From: an uncultured Solirubrobacterales bacterium
GTDB lineage: Bacteria; Actinomycetota; Thermoleophilia; Solirubrobacterales; 70-9
Assembly: GCA_963846515.1 (NCBI GenBank)
Contig: CAWJWC010000004.1
Span: forward strand, 14,587 to 78,586
DNA length: 64,000 nucleotides
Reading direction: 5' to 3'
Each line of letters begins with the position of its first letter. The first letter of the stretch is position 1. The notes under the pieces are model-generated. The model saw only the letters and a program-made list of their open reading frames with translations. It did no database searches and was not told where the DNA came from. The translations under genes and the position numbers were made by a program. Shown here one piece after another: positions 9,019 to 15,308 of the stretch.

Positions 9019-9680
9019 GCGGCGGCGCCGCCGAGGCGAGGATCGGTTGGGACCCCTCACCGCAGCAGGGCTGGGTCGCGCCCCATATCGCCGCCGAGTT
9101 CCCGGGTCTCGGGATCGCCTGGGTCGAGGTCGACGCCCGCCCCGGCCGCAGCCCGGAGCCGCTGCGGCATCGGCTCCGCGACCTCTCCGACCGCTTCTAC
9201 GGTGCCCACGCGATCCACCTGCGCGAACGGCCGATCCCCTGGGCCTACCGCGTCTTCTATCGCCAGATCGGTCTCGACCCGGACCGGACCCGAACCCCGG
9301 TCGAGCAACTCGCCTTCGACCGCCTCAACGAGGGCGCGTTCAAGAGCCGCGGCCTACCGGCCGACGCGCTCAACGTTGCGATCGTCGAGACCGGGGTGGC
9401 GCTGCGTGCCTTCGACGCCGATCGCATCGAGGGTCGGCTCTGCATCCGCGACTCCGGGCCGGGCGAGTCGCTGCCCGGACACCCCGGTGAGCTCGCGCTG
9501 GGCACGCTGACCGTCGCCGACGAGCGTCGCCCGGTCGGGCTGCTGTTCGGGGAGACCGGCGAGGGCTTTGCGGTCGAGTCGCGCAGCCGCCGCCTCGCGA
9601 TCGTCGCCGTGCAGGTCAAGGGGGTGCCGCAGATGGCTGTTGACGAGGCGTTATGGATGACGGCTGCGGCCCTGCGGTGA
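9015..9680 (+). CDS. B3/4 domain-containing protein (PheT B3/B4-like, stand-alone)
   Basis: ATGA overlap with the upstream gene. The pattern FYRQIGLDPDRTRTPVEQLAFDRL...GLPADALNVAIVETGVALRAFDADRIEG matches the stand-alone B3/4 family. Confidence 0.65.
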   Translation: MSGGAAEARIGWDPSPQQGWVAPHIAAEFPGLGIAWVEVDARPGRSPEPLRHRLRDLSDRFYGAHAIHLRERPIPWAYRVFYRQIGLDPDRTRTPVEQLAFDRLNEGAFKSRGLPADALNVAIVETGVALRAFDADRIEGRLCIRDSGPGESLPGHPGELALGTLTVADERRPVGLLFGETGEGFAVESRSRRLAIVAVQVKGVPQMAVDEALWMTAAALR

Positions 9681-9700
9681 TCTACACTCGGGGCAGGTAA

Positions 9701-10675
9701 ATGCTGGATCTGCTCGCAACAGAGAGCCCGATTGCGCTTCGCGTCGAGGTCGACGAGCGCCTCGCCCGGGTCGAGCTGCGGCGTCAGATCGGCCGGCTCG
9801 AGCGCGATCTCGCCGGCCTTCTGGCGGAGGGCTTCGGGCGGGTCGAGGTCGCCTACCGCGTCGCCGCGCTGGCACCGGCCCCGCGGGTGCTCGATCTCGG
9901 CGAGCTGGAGCGGCTGCGCGACGAGCTCGCCGACCGCGTCGCCGAGGCGCGGCAGACTCTGCGCGAGCAGGACGCGGTCGAGACCCGCAATCGCGAGCTG
10001 CTGCGCCGCATGATCGCCTCGCCGGCCGACTTCAAGTGGGTCCGGGTCAGCCGCGACGACCTCGGGCTGCCGGGCTGCGGCCACTGGCACTCGCGTCCCC
10101 GGCTCGGGCCGATCGGGATGCTGATGGGCTGGTGGCGGGTCAAGGTCTCCTCGGGATGCCCGTTAGCCGGGCGGCTTGCGGCCGTTGAGCAAGTCACGCA
10201 GGGGCAAGAAGTCCTCCTCCTCCTCCTCCTCCTCCTCCTCCTCCTCCTCCTCCTCCTCCTCAAAGCCGGCGCCGCGCGTCACCGCTTCGGACGAGCGCCC
10301 GCCCGCGCCCTGGGGCACGTTCCCCCTCGCCGAGCTGGTCATCTTCGCCGGCATCGTCTTTCTGCTGATCGGCCTATTCGGCGGCAACCCGACCATGCTC
10401 GGGGTCGGGGTCGCCTGCGCCGGCCTGGGCGGGCTCGAGATCGCGATCCGCGAGCATTTCGCCGGCTACCGCTCCCACACCACGCTGCTGGCCGGGGCGG
10501 TCTTCGTGCTTGCCACCGGCGCCGTCTTCTACCTCGGCGACCAGATCCTCGCGGTCGCGCTGGCGATCGGCGCGGCCCTTGGCGCGGTTGCTTTCTACCT
10601 GGCGCGCCGCGCATTCCAGCGCGCTTCCGGCGGCCTCAGCTACCGGATCGGCGGAATGCGCGGCTGAGCGCCTAG
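9701..10675 (+). CDS. coiled-coil hypothetical protein; only about the first 155 codons look coding, and there is no in-frame stop until 10675
   Basis: The N-terminal 155 aa (…GPIGMLMGWWRVKVSSGCP) have good coding character. From about 10166 the frame reads poly-Leu and then Arg/Pro-rich nonsense, while another frame carries the real gene 10176..10667. Coordinates given are the formal ORF; the true 3' end is uncertain. Confidence 0.45.
   Translation: MLDLLATESPIALRVEVDERLARVELRRQIGRLERDLAGLLAEGFGRVEVAYRVAALAPAPRVLDLGELERLRDELADRVAEARQTLREQDAVETRNRELLRRMIASPADFKWVRVSRDDLGLPGCGHWHSRPRLGPIGMLMGWWRVKVSSGCPLAGRLAAVEQVTQGQEVLLLLLLLLLLLLLLLLKAGAARHRFGRAPARALGHVPPRRAGHLRRHRLSADRPIRRQPDHARGRGRLRRPGRARDRDPRAFRRLPLPHHAAGRGGLRACHRRRLLPRRPDPRGRAGDRRGPWRGCFLPGAPRIPARFRRPQLPDRRNARLSA
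10176..10667 (+). CDS. membrane protein with N-terminal 17-residue poly-serine tract
   Basis: TTG start 4 codons after an in-frame TAG. Very high GC3 in this frame. About 4 TM segments (LAELVIFAGIVFLLIGLFGG and others). Ser17 is encoded by 16 TCC plus one TCA. Confidence 0.7.
   Translation: MRPLSKSRRGKKSSSSSSSSSSSSSSSSSKPAPRVTASDERPPAPWGTFPLAELVIFAGIVFLLIGLFGGNPTMLGVGVACAGLGGLEIAIREHFAGYRSHTTLLAGAVFVLATGAVFYLGDQILAVALAIGAALGAVAFYLARRAFQRASGGLSYRIGGMRG
10212..10261. repeat. perfect trinucleotide microsatellite (TCC)16.7
   Basis: Direct reading of 50 nt with uninterrupted TCC periodicity. Confidence 0.95.
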
Positions 10676-11052
10676 ACGGGGACGGGCTCGCGTCCGGCGC
10701 CGCTGCCGGAGCCGCGGGCGGCCAACTCGGCCGCGAGCAGGCCGCGCTGGCGGGAGGTGAGAGTCCCGAGCTGCTTGTTCTCGTTCAGCGCCAGGGGGAG
10801 GAGGAACTTGCGGGCGCGGGTGCGGCCCCAGCGCCGCTGGCTGGTCAGGAGCTCGGCGATCGTCATGCTCTCGGTCTCCCAGGGACAGTCGCGGACGACC
10901 TCGGAGGCCTCGGCGTCGCCGCGCGCGATCGCGCGCTTCAGCTCGGCGCGCGCGAGCCTCACGGAGTTGGCTCGTTCGAGCGCCCGCATGTGTTGCGGGG
11001 TCTCGACCGAGGATGCGATCGTCGTTGCGGGTGCCGTTGCGGCAGCGTCCAC
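10672..11052 (-). CDS. mihF: integration host factor, actinobacterial MihF-like
   Basis: GTG at 11052 lies 5 nt after GGGAGGAG. The RLARAELKRAIARG...ELL...LGTLTSRQRGLLAAELAA architecture resembles mIHF. The track ORF extends to 11214 through non-coding-looking sequence. Confidence 0.65.
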   Translation of the reverse strand: MDAAATAPATTIASSVETPQHMRALERANSVRLARAELKRAIARGDAEASEVVRDCPWETESMTIAELLTSQRRWGRTRARKFLLPLALNENKQLGTLTSRQRGLLAAELAARGSGSGAGREPVPV

Positions 11053-11354
11053 TGGGACTCCTCCCTTCAAGGAATCGGTTAACTGGGTATCTCGCTCCCG
11101 ACCGGCGACCAGCGGCTTTGGGGGGCCATGGTCCGGGCCGGACCGAGTTCTCAATTCGTCCACCCCGCCCGGGGTGTTCGGCGAGAAGGCCAAGCTATGC
11201 CGTGCGGGTGGCAATCGTCAACCCGCTGCTGCTGCCGCGGTCCTCGGCCCGGTCGCTAAGAGCAACAATTTCGACCTTGCCAAGGCCTTGCTCCCAATCG
11301 GACAAGGCTGAAACTACCCCCGACGGGGGATGTCAAGAATCCGTTACCGCCGGA

Positions 11355-12611
11355 TTAGGAACGAGGAAGCTCGGGGAAGTCTTCGATCGCTCTGGCGATC
11401 GTTCCCAGCGCGCCGTCGAGGTGCTCGCGCTCGTGGGTCGCCATCAGGCTGGTCCGCAGCAGCGCTCCCCCGGGAGGGACCGCCGGATGGATTGCGACGT
11501 TGGTGTAGACGCCGGCCTCGAACAGAGCCTTCCAGAGCAGCACCGCCTGCCAGTCGTCGCCGACCACGACCGGGATGACCGGGGTGGTGGCGACGCTGCC
11601 GTCGGGAAGCGTGCCCGGCTCGACCACCGCAAGGCCGAGGTGGCGCAGCCCCTCGCGCAGGTACTCCGCGTTGGCGAGCAGCGCCTCGAATAGCTGCGGC
11701 CCCTCCGCGCGGATCACCCGCAGCGCCGCCAGGGCGGCGCCGACGGCGGCGGGGACGGCGCTGGCGCTGAAGACGAAGGAGCGTGAGCCGATCCGCAGGT
11801 ACTCGACCACGTCGGTCGGCCCGGCGATGAAGCCGCCGCAGGAGGCGAGGCTCTTTGAGAAGGTCCCCATCCTCAGGTCGACTTCCTGCTCGAGCCCGAA
11901 CAGCTCACAGGCGCCGGCCCCGCGGGCGCCGAGCACGCCGGCCCCGTGCGCCTCGTCGACCATCAGCCGGGCGCCGTAGCCCTTGCAAAGCTCGACGATC
12001 CGGGGCAGGTCGCAGACGTCGCCCTCCATCGAGAAGACGCCGTCGACGACGACGAGCACGCCGCCGCCGTCCTCGGCCGCGCGCTGCAGCATCTTCTCCA
12101 GCTTGTCCATGCGGTTGTGGCGGAAGGGGCGCAGCTTGGCGCCGGAGAGGCGGCAGCCGTCGAGGATCGAGGCGTGGTCGCCGGAGTCGCAGATCACCGT
12201 GTCGCCGGGGGCGAGGATCGTGCCGATGCAGCCGACGTTCGCCTGGTAGCCGGTGGTGTAGACGATCGCGTCCTCGGTCCCCATCCACTCGGCCAGCTCG
12301 CGCTCGAGGTCGACGTGCAGCGGCGTCGTCCCGTTCAGCAGCCGCGAGCCGGTGACGCCGGTGCCGTAGATCTCCAGCGCCTCGCGGGCGGCGTCCTTGA
12401 CCCGCTCGTCGCCGGTCAGCCCGAGGTAGTTGTTGGAGCCGAGCATGATCGTCTCCCGCCCCTCCATCTCGACCACCGGGCCGGCCTGCGAGGTGAGCAG
12501 GCGGAAGTAGGGGAGGAGGTCGTGCTGCTTGGCCGCTTCGAGCTGCTCGAGCCGGTCGTGGCTGCGCGCCTTCTCGAAGACATCGACCGGGGCCTTCACG
12601 GTCTCGCTCAT
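11355..12611 (-). CDS. PLP-dependent alpha-oxoamine synthase family (8-amino-7-oxononanoate synthase / KBL / serine palmitoyltransferase-like)
   Basis: 418 aa from the ATG at 12611. Motifs SNNYLGL, DEAHGAGVLG and the PLP-lysine motif GTFSKSLASCGG. Track ORF 11355..13376 is a 5' shadow extension. Confidence 0.9.
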   Translation of the reverse strand: MSETVKAPVDVFEKARSHDRLEQLEAAKQHDLLPYFRLLTSQAGPVVEMEGRETIMLGSNNYLGLTGDERVKDAAREALEIYGTGVTGSRLLNGTTPLHVDLERELAEWMGTEDAIVYTTGYQANVGCIGTILAPGDTVICDSGDHASILDGCRLSGAKLRPFRHNRMDKLEKMLQRAAEDGGGVLVVVDGVFSMEGDVCDLPRIVELCKGYGARLMVDEAHGAGVLGARGAGACELFGLEQEVDLRMGTFSKSLASCGGFIAGPTDVVEYLRIGSRSFVFSASAVPAAVGAALAALRVIRAEGPQLFEALLANAEYLREGLRHLGLAVVEPGTLPDGSVATTPVIPVVVGDDWQAVLLWKALFEAGVYTNVAIHPAVPPGGALLRTSLMATHEREHLDGALGTIARAIEDFPELPRS

Positions 12612-12638
12612 CGCCCCAGAGTGTAGGTTGCGGCCCCC

Positions 12639-13775
12639 ATGGGAAGCGTGTCGATACGGCCGGTGCGGACCCGCCGGGAGCTGAAGCGCTTCGTCAAGGT
12701 GCCGTTCGACATCCACCGCGACCACCCGCAGTGGGTGGCGCCGCTGATCTACGAGCGGATGCAGTTCCTCAACCGCGCGAAGAACCCCTACTTCGAGCAT
12801 GCCGAGGCGGAGTACTTCGTGGCCGAACGGGAGGGTGAGCCGGTTGGCCGCATCAGCGCCCAGCTCGACCAGCGCTGGGACGAGTACCAGGGGGGCAGCG
12901 ACGCGATGTTCGGCTTCTTCGAGACCAGCGAGAACGCCGAAGTCACCGCCGCCTTGCTCGACGGCGCCGCCGAGTGGGCGGCGGACAAAGGGCGCGACCG
13001 CATCGTCGGGCCGATGGACTTCACCACCAACGACGAGTTGGGGATCCTGATCGAGGGCTTCGAGCAGCGGCCGATGATTCTCGAGAACTGGCACCCGCCC
13101 TACTACCAGCGGCAGATCGAGGCGCATGGCTTCGCCAAGGCGATGGATCTGCTGATGTGGGAATTGAACTTCGGCGACCTCAAAGAGGGTGAGCGCTTCG
13201 ACCCGGCGATCCACGCCGCCGCGACGAAGGCGCTGCGCGACGAAGGGGTGGTCATCCGCAACATCGACAAGGGCAACCTGGAGCGCGAGATGCGCCTCTT
13301 CACGCCGATCTACATCGAGGCCTGGTCCAAAAACTGGGGCTTCGTCCCGCCGACCGACGCCGAGGTCACCTTCCACGCCAAATTGCTGAAGCAGGTGCTG
13401 GACGAGGACTGGGCCTATATCGCCGAAAAGGACGGTGAGGCGATTGGGGCAGCGTTGACGCTGCCGGACATCAACCAGGTTATGGCGAGGCTAAACGGGC
13501 GTCTCTTGCCCTTCGGCTGGGCCAAGTTCCTGCTTGGCAAGCGCAAAGTCGATCGACTGCGGGTCTTCGCGCTCGGCGTCAAAAACGCGTACCGCCATTC
13601 CGGCGTTGCCGCCGGTCTCTATCTCAAGCACCTGGAGACGGCGCAGAAGCCGGGGGCGATCGAAGGCGGCGAGATGGGCTGGATCCTGGAGACGAACGAG
13701 GCGATGAACCGGGCGATGGAGGGGATGGGCGGCAAGGTTGTCAAGCGGTACCGTATTTACGAGCGGGCGTTGTAG
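12639..13775 (+). CDS. GNAT-fold-like acyltransferase family protein (378 aa, function unknown)
   Basis: High-GC3 ORF. Features GRISAQLD...GFFE in the N-lobe and VKNAYRHSGVAAGLY...GWILETNEAMN (acyl-CoA-binding-type segment) in the C-lobe. Its start is 27 nt from the divergent synthase start. Confidence 0.75.
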   Translation: MGSVSIRPVRTRRELKRFVKVPFDIHRDHPQWVAPLIYERMQFLNRAKNPYFEHAEAEYFVAEREGEPVGRISAQLDQRWDEYQGGSDAMFGFFETSENAEVTAALLDGAAEWAADKGRDRIVGPMDFTTNDELGILIEGFEQRPMILENWHPPYYQRQIEAHGFAKAMDLLMWELNFGDLKEGERFDPAIHAAATKALRDEGVVIRNIDKGNLEREMRLFTPIYIEAWSKNWGFVPPTDAEVTFHAKLLKQVLDEDWAYIAEKDGEAIGAALTLPDINQVMARLNGRLLPFGWAKFLLGKRKVDRLRVFALGVKNAYRHSGVAAGLYLKHLETAQKPGAIEGGEMGWILETNEAMNRAMEGMGGKVVKRYRIYERAL

Positions 13776-13789
13776 AGCGGGCGTTGTAG
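13762..13789. repeat. 2 x 14-nt tandem duplication AGCGGGCGTTGTAG that includes the stop codon
   Basis: Direct reading: 13762-13775 and 13776-13789 are identical. The TAG at 13773-13775 is the CDS stop. Confidence 0.9.
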
Positions 13790-13790
13790 G

Positions 13791-13856
13791 GGAGCCCCGG
13801 GCGGGACTCACCTGCGCGACTGATGGGGAGGCTTGGCGAGTCCCGCCCGGGACTCC
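13791..13856. repeat. hairpin element family 1, copy A (22-bp stem, conserved 22-nt loop)
   Basis: Arms 13791-13812 and 13835-13856 pair with 2 mismatches (both C/A type on the + strand). The loop TGCGCGACTGATGGGGAGGCTT is nearly identical to the loop of copy B at 29891-29913. Confidence 0.8.
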
Positions 13857-13921
13857 CTCAATGTCCGCAGTTTGCGGTGAGCGTTGGGGAGGCGACTTGG
13901 GGTCTCGCTAGAGTCGGCTGG

Positions 13922-14233
13922 GTGAGTGATTTCGAGGTCGAGGGCGAAGTGATCGCTGAGGAAGACGCGGCTCCGGGCGAGGCCGCGCCCGTGCGGGCGC
14001 TTCAGGCTTATGAGGAGCCGGCTTCGCCGGTTTTGCGGGGTGAGGTTCGCAGTGCCGCGCTTGCCGCTGCCGGCGGAGTGCTGGCCGGGGCGGCCACCGT
14101 CGCCGCCGTGCGCGCGGTCAGCGCTGTGCGGCCGAAGAACCGGACCACGCGCCGCCTCTCGCGCCGCCGCGACCGCCGCGACGTGGTCGCCAGCCGCTCC
14201 TTCCTGGTCGACGTCCACCTGCTCGGCCGCTAA
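13922..14233 (+). CDS. small hypothetical protein with one hydrophobic segment
   Basis: GTG at 13922 (VSDFEVEGEVIAEED...). Ala/Gly-rich TM-like stretch AALAAAGGVLAGAATVAAV and a basic tail. The track start at 13823 lies inside the hairpin element. Weak support. Confidence 0.4.
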   Translation: MSDFEVEGEVIAEEDAAPGEAAPVRALQAYEEPASPVLRGEVRSAALAAAGGVLAGAATVAAVRAVSAVRPKNRTTRRLSRRRDRRDVVASRSFLVDVHLLGR

Positions 14234-14238
14234 CCGCC

Positions 14239-14289
14239 GGCCGATGGGCCGAAAACCGCCCTATATCAGCGGAAATCGGCCCATCGGCC
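14239..14289. repeat. hairpin element family 2, copy A (51 nt)
   Basis: GGCCGATGGGCCGA-AAA-CCGC-CCTATATCA-GCGG-AAA-TCGGCCCATCGGCC. Perfect 14-bp outer stem, symmetric AAA/AAA internal loop and a 4-bp inner stem. The second copy is at 58151-58201. Confidence 0.85.
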
Positions 14290-15227
14290 CGCTGGAAGTG
14301 GAGGTGTTGGCGCGGCAGCCGTACCGGTTGCCGCGGGGGAGCGACGACGGCACGCTGCGGATTCGCGGCGGGGTCGCCACCCGGCTGCTGCAGGTCGAGG
14401 GAAAGCCGGTGTTGGCGCGGGCCTGGCAGCTGGTCGGCGGCCGGGTCGCGCTGCGGGCCGAGCCGGTCGATCCCGGCGGACTGACCCTGGCGCCGATCGC
14501 CACCGGGTGCGAGCCGGAGCCGGCGGAGGAGACGGAGCTGGAGGTGGCGATCGAGCGGATGCGGTTCGTGCTCGGCCTCGACTACGACCTCGGCGCGTTC
14601 CACCGCCGCTTCCGCCGCGACCCGCTGCTGGGGCCGCTGATCCGCCGCATGCCCGCCTTCCGGCCGCGGCGACGGGTGTGGCCCTGGGAGGCGCTGGCCG
14701 CGGCGGTGGTCGGGCAGCTGATCGAGGCGCAGCGCGCGGTCACGATCGAGCGCCGCATCGTCGGGCGCTGGGGGGCGCGGCTCGGCCAGGGACGGGAGGC
14801 GCTGCGCGACGTTCCGGGACCGGCGGCGATCGCCGGTCGCGCCCCGGCCGAACTGGCGTCGATGGATCTCGCCCCGAGCCGGGCGACGGCGCTGCGGCGG
14901 GTCGCGCGGATCGCCGCCTCCGGTCGCTGCCGGCCGGAGCGCGCGGAGGACGACCGCCGCCTGCTTTCGTTGCCCCAGATCGGTCCCTGGACCGTTCAGT
15001 GCCTGGCCCTGTTCGGGCGCGGCGAGATGGACGCGCTGCCGGCCGGCGACCTCGGCTACATCAAGCTGGTCGGCCGTCTCGCCGGCCTCGGCCGCCGCGC
15101 CACCGTTGCCGAGGTCGAGGAGTTCTTCGCGCCGTACGAGCCGTTCCGCGGGCTGGCCGGGACGCTGGCGCTCGCCGGCTTGCAGCGGCGGATCGCCCAG
15201 GGCCCGCCGCTGCGCCTCGCGGCGTAG
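14244..15227 (+). CDS. DNA-3-methyladenine glycosylase II family (AlkA-like, HhH-GPD)
   Basis: HhH-GPD motif LPQIGPWTVQCLALFGRGEMDALPAGDLGYIKL. The start is uncertain: ATG 14244 lies inside the repeat, with alternative GTGs at 14298 and 14304. The track start at 14010 overlaps the previous gene. Confidence 0.8.
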   Translation: MGRKPPYISGNRPIGPLEVEVLARQPYRLPRGSDDGTLRIRGGVATRLLQVEGKPVLARAWQLVGGRVALRAEPVDPGGLTLAPIATGCEPEPAEETELEVAIERMRFVLGLDYDLGAFHRRFRRDPLLGPLIRRMPAFRPRRRVWPWEALAAAVVGQLIEAQRAVTIERRIVGRWGARLGQGREALRDVPGPAAIAGRAPAELASMDLAPSRATALRRVARIAASGRCRPERAEDDRRLLSLPQIGPWTVQCLALFGRGEMDALPAGDLGYIKLVGRLAGLGRRATVAEVEEFFAPYEPFRGLAGTLALAGLQRRIAQGPPLRLAA

Positions 15228-15308
15228 CCGGGGCTCCGGCGCCTGCACGACTTCGTGCCTGGACAGACGTGCGGTCAAGCGCCTGGACCATCTGTCGATA
15301 ACGACGCG

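Noticed and set aside
10212-10261. Whether the TCC repeat could be a CRISPR-like or other spaced repeat, or an on/off phase-variation switch.
   Set aside because: It is an uninterrupted microsatellite with no spacers. Because the unit is 3 nt, length changes keep the frame, so a classic frameshift-type on/off switch is not supported.
11053-11354. A 300-nt spacer between the synthase gene end and the mihF start was inspected for an RNA gene (6C-like, sRNA) or a small ORF.
   Set aside because: It contains only short hairpins (for example CCCCCGTCGGGGG after the synthase stop, probably a terminator), with no repeated C-rich loops and no convincing coding frame.
11355-13376. Longest-ORF 5' extensions in the track. 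Examples: 11355..13376, 19352..21157, 18603..20123, 3159..4802, 8005..9018, 47227..48345, 48448..50244, 10672..11214.
   Set aside because: The extensions run through neighbouring genes or spacers and translate to nonsense. Internal starts with SD motifs or ATGA/GTGA stop-start overlaps give family-typical protein lengths.
13813-13834. Hammerhead-ribozyme-like CUGAUG in the loop of hairpin family 1.
   Set aside because: Copy B reads CAGAUG, no GAAA core or three-stem junction can be drawn, and the loop is too short.
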